A stretch of DNA of 57,347 nucleotides, the filler included, from Jimgerdemannia flammicorona (lineage: Eukaryota): NCBI GenBank assembly GCA_003990765.1. It is 2 parts of 2 records of this genome, joined end to end, with 100 filler letters (N's around TTAATTAATTAA, not from the genome) between each part and the next. Parts side by side here need not be neighbours in the genome. Positions count along the whole stretch, not along the records: positions 1 to 28,636 come from RBNJ01000548.1; 1 more part is not named here. One strand, 5' to 3'. The notes below the pieces were generated by a model. The model was given only the letters and a program-made list of their open reading frames with translations. It searched no databases and was not told where the DNA came from. Every line of letters starts with the position of its first letter. Position 1 is the first letter of the stretch. Below, piece after piece: positions 1-12,042 of the stretch. Position numbers and translations under genes: made by a program.

Positions 1-997
1 CCTCTTGTTCTTCTTCGTCAGTTTCAGTATCAGAGGGGGTTTCCTCAGGGGCAGGGTCTTGGAGTTCTTGGGTCTCCTCTTCAAAGACAGGAACTTCTTG
101 GGCTTCTTCTTGATTTGGTTCCCAAATAATGAGGTGTGAATTATGGCTGACAGGGTGGTGGGTGGTTGGGGTAGCTCCAACAGGTGTCTCTATGGTGATG
201 GGCGGTCCTTCAAATATCTCCATAAGACTCATTAAGTGGCCTTGATGGTTGTCTTAGAGTGGGGTGGTGTGGAAACCTGGTTGAGTAGGTTTGGTTTGTT
301 GGCTTCCTACGGCAATGCGGTTGCTGCCAATAGCATTGGCTACTTCAGATTCTATCCAGTCAGCATCTTCGGTTGATAGGCGGGAGAGGCTACCAGCTGT
401 TACTCCTTGCAAGTGTGCTATAGCCCAGGGAATATGGCGGAAGATTTGATGGACATGGAGGGCTCTCTTGATTAGCCGGCTAGTGGTTAACATTTCGGCA
501 ATGAGGTCTTCCTGGTCGCCTTCTTGAGTCTCATTGCGAAGGCGGTGTCCAATTTTGTAGTCATGCCAGAGGGTCATTCGTTCGGTAGTGTCTTTGAGCT
601 GTTGGGTCATTATATACCGGTAGTTGATAAAGTGTCCAAGGTCCTCAGTGTAGAAGTTCAAGTGTTCGGAAGTATCTGGGCACCAGATGGCCTTCTTGAT
701 AGCTTCAAAGATCAGAGTCTTTGGGCCAGGCAAAGGGATAGAGCGGCGGGAGGTCTGGTTGGTTCGGCGAATAGGAGGCAATGTGTGGTGGGTACCTGGT
801 TCTTTGGTGCCGATCCTTGAGGCGGAGTAGGGTTCCTTAAATAACGTGGTCTTCATTTTGACTCGGGTCATCTTGTCTTCTTTTGGTGAAATCACTTGAC
901 AGATTGGGCTGGTCACCAGTTATTGCACCATAATGTCATCTGATCTTGTGGTCACAGGGTACTCCGAATTTGGATAGGGTCAATTGTAGACGTCACA
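1..997 (-). mobile_element. LTR (family D), cut by the window edge, with accessory ORF in U3
   Basis: Minus strand begins TGTGAC at 997 at a sharp compositional boundary; contains an ORF homologous to those in the other LTRs. Confidence 0.6.
254..916 (-). CDS. LTR accessory protein (family D copy); the frame continues past the TAA at 254 into an acidic Pro/Glu tail running to the window edge
   Basis: LWHDYKIGHRL...RALHVHQIFRHIPWAIAHLQGV matches WQEYKIGNLL...AKKIHQIFRHAPWSIPNLEYV at 31 kb/50 kb; downstream frame reads WEPNQEEAQEVPVFEEETQELQDPAPEETPSDTETDEEEQE; homology suggests the real start is near 781. Confidence 0.65.
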   Translation of the reverse strand: MTSPICQVISPKEDKMTRVKMKTTLFKEPYSASRIGTKEPGTHHTLPPIRRTNQTSRRSIPLPGPKTLIFEAIKKAIWCPDTSEHLNFYTEDLGHFINYRYIMTQQLKDTTERMTLWHDYKIGHRLRNETQEGDQEDLIAEMLTTSRLIKRALHVHQIFRHIPWAIAHLQGVTAGSLSRLSTEDADWIESEVANAIGSNRIAVGSQQTKPTQPGFHTTPL

Positions 998-3600
998 ATA
1001 TATTTTATTTGTAAACATATAGTTGGACTAAATAGTCAAATATATAGACCAAAAATACAATCATATAAACTTAGTATTACTTATAATTATGACCAGTTTT
1101 TATTTAAGAAGTATACAGTAGTATTAGGAATATATATTCAATAATGAATTGTATATAATACAAGAGTCTATAGATTATTAAAACCAAATCTTTATTGACA
1201 TAAATTGAGATTTTTATACATAGTATTTATGGTATTTATTATGCATAGTATTCATAGTATAGTAGTATTTATAATATAGTTTACAAATTTATTATAGATA
1301 CATTTTACATAGTAAATGTATCTTATCTTTTTGTATTCAAGTTAAATCTCATTTACTTACTTCTTATAGATAACAGATCTAGTTCAGCATTAGGTGAGAA
1401 GTTATATCATAAATCTGACATACTTCTTTGACTATATTATTTCACTTTTGGTTGTCTTCTCTTCCAGTAAAATAAGGTAGTACTTTTTTGATCAGTTGAG
1501 TGATCACTATTTCTTATCCTTTTTCAGTCTTATTGTACTGAATTTGTTTATCATATTGCAATTTTTTACTAAATAGATAATTTTCTACAATAGTATTCTT
1601 GGAGGTAGTATTGGTGGTATATATATTCATACAATTCAGAGTATATTCTAGTTGAGTTCATTGGCTCTGAGTTTTGTTCAGGAATTGTATCTTGAGCTTG
1701 TCTAAGGACAGTACTAATTTGTTGAAGTATTTTATTAACTTTGTTAGTCTATTTGGCTTTCTTTAAAAGTCACTATCACTTTTGGTACTTGGCATTTTGT
1801 TTGGTGCTAATAGCATTTTTTTATTTTATTAAGATTTATTCTCTATCATCAAAGACTCTTTATTGCTAGCTAGAGATAGTGATGATATTATTTCTGTTTT
1901 GCTTATATAAAACAATCCTTTATTAACTATAATTTATATTTCTTTCCATTTTACCTATATAGTAATAAACCTGGATTTTATCAATAGTATTAAGAATATC
2001 ATTCAGAAAATCAGAACAGTTGAGTTGCCGATCTATTCTGATAATAAATACTATTTATATATCATTTTTCTTATCTGGATAGCTATGTTGCCAGTCCCAA
2101 ACTAAGTCTCAAATTTCTGTATATTTCATAAACTAAATTGCTAAGAATATAGACAGAAAGTACAATATATAAACTATAATTTTATGATATAAATTCAAAT
2201 AACTATAGATACAAACTAGTAAATACTAACAGATTTATTATTTTGAAGACACAGCTATACAAACTAAATAATAAGTATATGGATAGAAATATATAGTAAT
2301 ACAAACTAAATAGCTGTAAATTTGAACTATATTAAATAATATAAACCTGAAAAGCTGTAAAAACAAACTAGTATATGTGAACTGAAGTTTTTTTCCTGAT
2401 GAGACTATTATTCTTACTGAAAGATAATATGAAGTTATAAACTATATTAGTTAGTAGAGAAAGGCTATGTCACAATATATAAGAATTCTAGCAATATCTT
2501 AATATAGATGAAGAATTTTAGACACTAAATCTAACTATAGTCAAGTGTAGAGAACAGCTATAGCAAAATATAAGATAGTCAGTAAGAGCAACTATACTAT
2601 ATAAAAATATATAAAATCTCTTATTAACAAAGCTTAAGAGATAGTATGAATCAATGATAGCAAAAATATAAATAATAATATAATTTAAAAAATATAGAAT
2701 TTGGGAGAGGATATAATGAGATATAGGATATATATTTAGCTCAATACTTATTTATATATAATAACTTACATTTCATATAAATTTATCTATATAAAGTATT
2801 TGGCTAATAGTAGAATTAGAAATTTCATACATTTGCTATAGATATTCTTTTTGCAAAATTAGAAATTTCTAACTGTATACATTCTTAAATATTATAGAAT
2901 TTTACTATTAGACAAAGTCATCTATAGTAATTTTCTTTAGGATTGATTTCTTATTTTAAGCTATCCAAAATTTTATATTAAATCTATATATTACATAATT
3001 ATATCCTAAGCCTAATAGTAAAATAATATAATTTATTATCATAAGAACTTATTTTTATTTAGTTATTAGATAGTATAATTATTTAGAATATATACTTATA
3101 AATAAAGAATTGGATTTTTTTAAAGACTAATTATCTTTAATATAAGTTTATACTAATATCTTCTTATACTATTTCAAAGTATGATATTCTTATAAAGTAT
3201 TTATAGATACTTACTGATATCTGGTTGGTTTATTATCAGATCAAAGATATTTACAATATTATAGATAGTATTATAGAGATTCTCAAAGAGAGAATGAAAT
3301 TTTCTATATTATTATCATTTTAATAATTCTGTATATATATTATACTATACTCATTTTGATTATTCATAGATTATTGGAATTATAAAAAAGATTATTGAGT
3401 TTATAGTTTTTATTATAATACTTTTAATTATATTACTTATTATTTACTAATATGTAATAATAATCTAAGAGATAGAATTATCTTATATAATCAAATAAAT
3501 AAGTTTAATATATATATTAATATATAATTCTAAAATTGAAAAATAGATATATATATACAATAAAGCTAATTATACCAAGAAACTACTCTTAATCTAACTT
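998..3600. other. Highly decayed AT-rich transposon debris, family not assignable
   Basis: Almost no CpG, TA-rich, no ORFs; same texture as the recognisable decayed TEs. Confidence 0.45.
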
Positions 3601-4099
3601 TGAAGCCAAGCTCTAATTGTTATCTTATAATAATAAAATAAAATACAAAAAAACACTATTATATTTCTTTGATTAATATATATCCAAATTTGAGTACAAC
3701 TCAAAAAAACCTCTATAGTCAGTCTATAATGCTTTTCTTAGAAATTTCTCTAATAATTACATTGGCTAAGAACTATAATTTCAATTACTAGATCTTGTTA
3801 AAATATCTTAGTATCTTAATATATTGTAGTATAGCCAATCTTCACTTATATCATCAATATAGATATTATCAAAGAAATATTATCACAGGATATATAAAAG
3901 TATATATTTTGTAATTAATAATAAACTAACTTGCTCTCTTCCACTCTCTTAACTGTTATCTATAATAAAAATTATAAGCCCTACTTAGCAGCTCTATATA
4001 TCTCTTATATATATACTATATAATATCAACTAATACTAATAGTGGAAGTACCAGAGATAGTATATCAGTTCTAAGTAGTATAAGTGGAATAGGACTCAA

Positions 4100-6094
4100 A
4101 ATGGATATCAGCATAAGTATACCTATTACAATAGTTACAATAATGATCATTCTAGTAGTGACAGTAGTAACAATAGTAAAAAGAATGATTTCTGTCTTTG
4201 ATAGTAAGAATTATGTCATATAGGTATACTATATGAAGAATCTACTTAAATAATATAGTTTGGAGGACTACTAGAAGCTATAGATATAAATAATAATATA
4301 TAATACTATGAAGAATTATAAATTACTAAGGGAGATTATGTTCACTCTTTCAAATATGCAAATGAAGCTCACAATCAATACTACAACAGTGAACAAGATC
4401 TGGGAGATTCTACATAATCACCATCAATAAGTTTTTGCATCCAACTAATTCTACTTAAAGGTATAACTGTTTAATCTTCAAATAAAGTTATCTAAAGAGA
4501 GTATCTAAGACTATATCAATTATATTGATAATCTAACAAATCAAGTAAATTTTCTTATAACTATGCTAGTAGATATCATCAAGAATGAAGACAAAGTCCT
4601 GGTCCTTATATATGGTCTTCCTAAGATATATAATATAGTTATTACCACTATGTAGGAATTCAGCAGATTATCAGACTATAAGCTCATCATTATGAGCCTC
4701 TTGAATAAAGAAACAAGGCTAAGTAGTAACAGTAATAATACTAATGAAACTTATAATGAAAAAGCCTTCTACAGCCAGTAAAGATGAGGCAGAGGCAAGC
4801 AAGACAAAGAATGAGATCAGTGTGATAATAAGTGTAACAGTCAGTATAATAATCAATAGCCAAATTCAATAGTAAATACTTCTACTATGATTAAGCATAA
4901 ATATTACAAACAAGACTACAACTATAAGAAGAAAAAGGATAGTTAAGGACAATAGTAGACAAATGTAGTATATATTAACAATAATAATAAAGATGGCAGT
5001 AGAGATCTATTTTTTACAAAAGTGATAACTTACTCATATAGGAGTAAATTTGGGAAATACTTTTACATTGATGAAAAATATTAACATAAGTACCAGCACT
5101 AATGTAAGCTATATACTGAGTAATACTTATATATGTAGCAAAGAAGTCTGGCTTATGAATTCTGATATAACATAACATATGACTATATACTATAAGTAGT
5201 TCTCTATATATGAGAAGTTTGAGTACTTCATACCCATTAAGTTAGGAGATAATAATGTAATATATGCTCAAGACAAGAGCAATATTAGTATATATTTATA
5301 CAAAAATGTCAATAAACTCTCAAGCACCTTTGTGGATATATTATATACATATATTAGATATAGATAAAAATCTCTTCTCAATAGGTCAGATAATTGCTTG
5401 AGAGAATAAAGAAGTCAATATATACCTAAATAGCATAATAGTGATCAATCTAAAGAATGATAAGAAGTTAATATATACATCAAAAAAGAGAAACTTATAT
5501 ATAATCAATAGTATATCAAGTAGTACATTATCTATATATTCTACAACTATAGCCAGAGAGGATCTCTGATATATAGTATAAATACTTAAGATATATCAGT
5601 AAGATGAGCTTGAAATAGATGACAAAGAGTAGTTCAGTAAGAGGATTACTAGTGAACTATATATCTCTGACTTCTTTAGTAATAATTGTACACCAAATAA
5701 GGCTTCCTGATAACTATTTTGGGAATAATTGAATCAAATAGCCAGAATTCTCAATATAATACATATGGATATCTGTGGTTCCATACATACCCCAATATAC
5801 TCTGAAAAGAGGTATTATATTATCTTTATTGATGATTATACTCATAAAGCCTATATATACTTCCTTATAGTGAAGAATGAGGTATTTAAAAGATTCCAAG
5901 AATTCAAAATAACTATGGAGAATGAAATGAGATATAAGATATAGGCTCTATACTCAGATAATAGTAAGAAATATATAAATAAAGCCTTTTGACACTTCTT
6001 AAAGAAGTATGGTTTCTAATACTCTATAACAGCTCCCTATATATCTCAGCAGAATGGTATGGCAGAATGCTTTAACTGAATGATAGTAGAAATG
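4100..6094 (+). pseudogene. Copia gag-protease-integrase, 5' part
   Basis: FDSKNYVI*VYYMKNLL (gag N-terminus), WLMNSDIT*HMT (decayed WxxDSGAxxHMT), IIHMDICGS...YYIIFIDDYTH (integrase core), QQNGMAECFN. Confidence 0.85.
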
Positions 6095-6878
6095 TATAAT
6101 AACTCTCACTTCTATCTCTCTCTTATCCTTTGGATAATTAGGGAAGTAAGACTATTACTTAGGGACTTAGTACATAATGTATACCAAGAAGCCTTTAGTT
6201 TGAGGAAGTACTTGCTTAAAAGTAATTGTAGCAGTAGTGCCTTCTATTTCAAAGATCTTTCTCTAGTTTGTCATATCTTTCAAGAGTCTTGTTCTTTGCT
6301 GTGCATAGACTGAATTCATCTTGGAATTTAGATTCAATGAGTTTACTTAAGTCTTTGGGGATTTATATATCAGTCTCAGTTCTGGCAAAGTTAGCTAGAC
6401 TTCTGAAGTTTAGTCAGAAATACTAGAGTCACTTAGATGTCATTACTAAGACTCAGAGGAATGTGTGTGTATGGGGGAGACTTGATTCTTATATCAAAGA
6501 CTACTTTATTTTAGATGGAAACTGGGGGGTATTTATACAAATTGGTCTGCGATTTCTGACTAAGTATGAGTTACTAATTTGGTAACTATAATGAGATTTA
6601 TAATCATGATCTTTGTCAGGTAGTTTTTGGCAAAAATAACTTTATGATCAGGATCTCAATTACTAGACAATAATCAGCTGCTATAGTAATAGTTACTGTG
6701 ATACTTATTGTCAGAGATAAACTGAATATTGTTTTTTACATCATTTTCTGCATTGTTCATTAATTCATCATTCATTATTCATATGTTATGCTCGATTGTA
6801 TGATGATGTCATTGCTCACTGGGTCACATGATCACTCATCATATCTCATCTATTTGTTTGCTCATTTATTCTATTACA
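6095..6878 (-). repeat. 3' LTR of Gypsy A (784 bp)
   Basis: Direct repeat of 16527-17133 plus 19413-19557; TATAAATACCCC on the minus strand near 6530. Confidence 0.92.
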
Positions 6879-6893
6879 TTCTTCCCTCCTTAG
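6879..6893 (-). promoter_or_regulatory. Polypurine tract of Gypsy A
   Basis: Minus strand AAGGAGGGAAGAA abuts the LTR start TGTAAT. Confidence 0.8.
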
Positions 6894-6913
6894 AAATCAA
6901 CATTCTCATTAAT

Positions 6914-7717
6914 TCAGAAATTGAGAACCAGGAGAGAGAAAGGTAGAGAGTCTTCCTCAGGGTTGTTACCATCTTCTTCAATGGCAGGGGGGGTGATTGC
7001 TGATGACTCACTGTCTAGGATGGAGAAGTCAATAAGATCTGCAAATGGTTCTTATATTGAGATGAGCACTGGTATAGAGGTTTTCCATCTGATACAGTTG
7101 GGACCATCCAAGTAGAGTTCTTGGTCCTCATGCCTGGGGATATCCATTCAGATAGACAGTCCTTTGAAAAGATCAGAGAGGCCTTAGAGCCATTAGTCTG
7201 GATTATCATTCAGGAGGGGGCTCCAGTGAGGCTTGATGTCTATAGACTTGAGAGTAATCTAAGAGTTGGCTTCTTAGGCTACCTTGATCTCTAGGGCATC
7301 AACCTCAAAGAAAGAGAGGTTCTGGAAATTCTTCAGTTGTATATAGTTGAGATTGGGAATTACAAAGAATACATAGTATATGATTTGATGGACCTTCTTA
7401 ATAAGTCTTTGCTCATGTCTGTCTAGGTAAGTCTAGTCTGAGACCTGGTCAGTAGGTAGGCTGTTTGTATATTGATGAAGCTGATAGTCAATTTCATATT
7501 CATGCCAGATCTCTAGGCAACTGGTAGCAAGGTAGACTCTTTCAATAAGTTTACAGCAGTCAAGAACATACTGTCCTAGGTCCAGGCTGAAGAGGTTAAG
7601 GGCCTCAGAGTGGCAGTTCCTTCCTTGGATAGCAACCTGAATGTGTCCAAAGAGGTAGTCAATCTGGCTTGGGAGGGGCTAGCTATGGTAGGCAGTTTGA
7701 TGGTGGGTAGTAGGCAT
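6914..7717 (-). pseudogene. ORF3 accessory gene of Gypsy A (268 codons, in-frame stops only)
   Basis: MPTTHHQTA...CLEIWHEYEIDYQL...IKKVHQII...IPNLNYIQLKNFQNLS...WSPLLNDNPD...VLNF*, colinear with the family C LTR ORF. Confidence 0.8.
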
Positions 7718-7778
7718 TCTTGTCTTGTCTTTTCTTTGTGAGAAGAGAGGGATAAGAGTTGTAGGGTATTCTTGCCTT

Positions 7779-7790
7779 GGGTATTTATAC
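7779..7790 (-). promoter_or_regulatory. Putative internal TATA box for ORF3
   Basis: GTATAAATACCC, the same motif as the LTR TATA, about 65 nt upstream of the ORF3 ATG. Confidence 0.5.
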
Positions 7791-8390
7791 TTATTCATCT
7801 ATCTGGTGTGACCTTCTTTCAGTCATACTTTTCAGCAAAATATATGACCTGTTGCTGTAAGCAGGACATATACTAGTCACATGAGAAAAAAAAAATCCTG
7901 ATTTCAAAGATATTGTCACTTGTAGTCATGGTTATACAGGGTTAACAGGTCTTGGTCCTCTTTTTTTTTTTCTGATTGGCACATTTGTGAGAACTAGCCA
8001 TTCTTGTCTAGGGCAAGGGCTCTCATTATCATGGCTGGGGGTTCAAACCTCTCAGAAATAGTATTTCTTATAATCTGAGGCAATTTCTAGTAGCAATATC
8101 TGTCATGTAGATGGACTTAGACTGGTTTTGACATCATCAGCTTTCTTAAGTTCTATATGAAGCATCTATCATCATTCAGTGGAGATGACACAGATGATAT
8201 GAAATAGAGTTGTTTAAATATATTTTGCTATACTATACTAGGTTATCCTTTGCTTGAGTATCTTCTCATTGATTATTTATGATGTTCCCTTGTTTCTGCA
8301 ATGTTCAGTATTATGTATTTCAAATAAAATATGTAGTATTCTTCTACTCACTATGTGCTCCAATTCTTAGAGCTACAGTTCCTTTCTTTG

Positions 8391-11300
8391 CTAGAGAGTG
8401 AGTATTTCCATATAGTCCTGGAGGGCTTCACATATATTTTTCAGAACTTCTTCTTTTTCCCAGATATGTAGCATCATGGGTGGGATAACCCTTCCACTTG
8501 ATGAGGAAGAACCACTTGATTGTTTTGGAGTATTTGCAGACCTTGTGGTCAAGTACTTTCTCAATTTTGAATTCCTTATAATCATTGATCCTAATTGAGA
8601 GTGGTGGTGAGACTGTATGCTCAGGGAATGGGTTCTCATAGTAGTTCACCAATTGGCTGATATGGAATACTGAGTGTACTTAGATATTGTGGGGAAGTTG
8701 CAACTTATAGTTGACTTTACTGATTTTTTCCACAATCTTATATGGTCCAATCCTTCTAGCATAGAGTTTCTTGGCTGGTTGTTGTACCAAGATATCTGGA
8801 TGGAGGTAATCTATTCTAAGCATAACCCTGTCACCAATATTGTAGGAGACTTCTCTTCATTTCAAGTTCGCATACTTGGTCTGATATGTAGTCTTATACT
8901 TCTATGAGAGCATCTCTTATCATTCAGGTAAGATCAGAAATGGTCTCAGCCAGATATTGGGCTGCTAGGACTGCTGATTTCACAGTAGTACTTGAGGTTC
9001 TTGGGTGTTGACTGTGGTTTAGGAAGAATGGAGTCTTCTTTTAGAGGTTTACTGACTGTTATTGTAAGCAAACTCAGCATGGGCTAGGTACTTGTCTCAA
9101 TTATTTTGCTTGTAACAGCAGAAGATGCTAAGCATCTGTTTGAGAGTCCTGTTGGTTTACTTAGTTTAACCATCAGTCTGAGGGTGGTAGACAGTAAAGA
9201 ACTTTAGCTTGATTCTATAGAGAGAGAAGAATGCCTTCCAGAAGTTGCTTGTGAACTTGGCATCTTGGTCAGATATAATAGTACTAGGTATACCATATAG
9301 CCTGAATACTTGGTTGAGGAAAATCTCAGCAATCTCTGGTGCCATGATAGTGGTTTTGATGGGTGCAAAATGGGCTTATTTATTTAGGTGGTCTATAAAT
9401 ACCACTATGGCATCCCATCCTGCTTTAGTCTTAGGGAGTTGAATAATAAAGTCTATTGAAATCTGATCTCAGTTGTGACTTGGAATTGGTAGCAGTTGCA
9501 GAAGTCCTACTAGTAGCTTATTATCACTTTTGAACCTTTGGCACATCTTGTATAAGGCCACAAAGTCTTTGAATCCTTGGTCATCTTTGGCCAGTAGAAC
9601 TCTCTTAAGAGGAGGTTGTAGGTCTTTTCAAAACCAGAGTGTCCTGCTGCAGGAGTATCATAGAGTTCCTGCATGATCTTGAGTTGCAGAGTATCATTAT
9701 TGAGTACAATCACTCTATTATAGTCCCTGTAGATAAGTCCATCATGGTAAGTGAATCTCTTAGATATTTGCCTCATGAGTTCTAGGACCTTGGCTTCTGG
9801 GTCTTAGCAGAATTAAAGGAATTTCATCAGGGGGCTATCCTGCTGGTAGCTATCCTTAATAATCTGGGTAAGGTCTCTAATTACCTCGACCATGAAGATA
9901 AGTTCATCTTCTATGTACCTGGAGAAACCATTAGCCACACAGTTGGTTTTGCCTGAGATATACTTGATTTCTATATCAAAGTTGGCAATGATTTCCATTC
10001 AGCAGGCTTGTCTGTAAGTTAGCATGGACTGTGTGTGAATGTACCACAGGGTATGGTGATCAGTATAGGCTATAAATAGTTGTCCTAGGAGGAAATAGCA
10101 CTATTTCTGGAGTACAGTAATAATGGCCAGGAGTTCCTTCTCATGGGTGGTATACTGGGTCTCAACTGGCTTAAGCTTTTGGAAAAGATAGACCACTGGG
10201 AAGTCTTCTTGGCTGAGTACTGCCCTAATGGCAATATCAGAGACATCTGTGATCAGAGTGAATGGTCTGGTAGGGTCAGGTGCAATTAGCACTGAGGTCT
10301 CAGTAAGGAGTCTCTTGAGATAGTCCATAGTCTGGATGTATTTAGGGGTCCATTCAGTCTTGATGTTTACTCCTTTACAGGCCAGACTGGTCAGTGGGGC
10401 TGTAATAGCAGAATATTCTTGGATAAACCTTTGATAATAATCAGCAATACCCAGAAAGCACTGGAGTAGCTTGAGGGTAGTAGGGATAGAAATATCCTTG
10501 AGAGCTGATACCTTTCAGAGGTCTACATTGATACCTTAAGTAGAGATGATATGTCCTAGGTACTCAATCTGGTCTTGATAGAACTTAAACTTACTTATTT
10601 TGATATAGAGCTAGTATTCTCACAGAAGGGTCAGTACTTGTCTGAGGTGGGTATAGTGCAACTCTACTGTTTTGCTGTAGATTAGTATATCATCAATATA
10701 AACAAGGATACAGATGTTGAGGAGTGGTCCAAAGATATCATTCATCAGATACTGAAATATTACTAGTACATTGGTTAAACCAAAAGATATGACTCAGAAC
10801 TAGTAGTATCTAAACTGTGTTCAGAAAGCTGTCTTTTCAATGTCCTTCTCATCAATGAGAATCTGGTGGTAGCCATTTTGCAAGTCTAGTAGAGAAAAGG
10901 TCTTGGCCTTGAAGATTTGATATAGCAACTCATCAATCCTAGGTAAGGCATACTGGTTCTTGATAGTAATTTTGTTGAGGGCTCTGTAGTCAATATACAT
11001 TCACAGAGAGCCATCCTTCTTCTTAACAAATAGAATAGGGGCTCCAAATGGGGAGCAGCTGGGTTCAATGTATTCTTAGACCAGTAGTTTGGTCAACTCA
11101 TTCTTGAGGGTCTTGAGTTCAGGTTGGGTCAGTTGGTAGGTACTCTTATATGGGGATTCAGATCCAGGAATGAGATTAATCCCATGTTGAATTTGATACT
11201 TGGGTAGAAGTCCTTGAGGATCTTGGAATACATCTTGGAATTCCTCAAATAGTTCTTGAGCCTCTGTTGGGATTGGACCACTTGTAGCTTCAGTGACTTC

Positions 11301-12042
11301 TTGTATAGTGTAGATGAAGTAGGTGTTTCCCTTTTTTCAGGAGAGTCTCTTCATTTGGATGGTAGAGATGATTTCAATTTCTTGATGACTGATGTCTTCC
11401 TGGGGTGTCAGGATGATCTTTCTTCTTTCATAAGTCAGGTTAACTTTGTTGGTCCTCTAGTTGATATCTGGGTTGTGTTGGGTCAGCCAGGCTTTTCCTA
11501 GAATAATGTCTTGTCCTGGGAGATCTACAATACTGAAGTCCAACTTCTCTTGATATTTGCCAATCTTGAGCAAGAGATCTTTGCAGATCTTGGTCAATGG
11601 TGCAGTTTTACCATCACCAAAGGTAACACTTCTTTTCTCAGTAGCTGGTCTGCTTTGGGCTCCAATCCTCTTGGCAGTCTTAGTACTGATATAGTTTTCA
11701 GTAACACCACTATCAAGCAAGATATTGATATTCTATCTGTAGACTTGGCTTATGAACTTGATGCAACTGTCCTCCTTCTTAATGGTGTTGAGCTCTTTAT
11801 TCTCATTGTTGTCCCAATTGCTATCAGTCTCCTCAAAGTCAGTTTCTCCCCATCCTTCACAAGGAGAGTTGCCTTGTTTGGATTTCTCAATCTGTTGGAC
11901 TTGACGCTTCTCAGATTGAATTTTGAAAACTTTAGAGAGGTATACATGATATTCACTAATATGTTCTATGTAGTACATTCAGATAGAATGAGGGCATCAT
12001 CCACATGGTGCATAATTATCTGCAATTCTCCTATACTAGTTT
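8391..12042 (-). pseudogene. pol: Gypsy A pol: protease, RT, RNase H, integrase, chromodomain
   Basis: MLDSGVTENYIS (PR), LVYIDDILIYS (RT), LITDVSDIAIRAVLSQ and THEKELLAI (RH), AAGHSGFEKTY (IN zinc finger), FKIEKVLDHK...FLIKWKGYP (chromodomain). Confidence 0.92.

Noticed and set aside
6080..6313. 77-aa ORF repeated at 16482-16715
   Set aside because: Chance antisense frame in LTR A, with start codons supplied by different flanks
6914..7717. ORF3 as an env gene
   Set aside because: No signal peptide or transmembrane segment; acidic soluble composition
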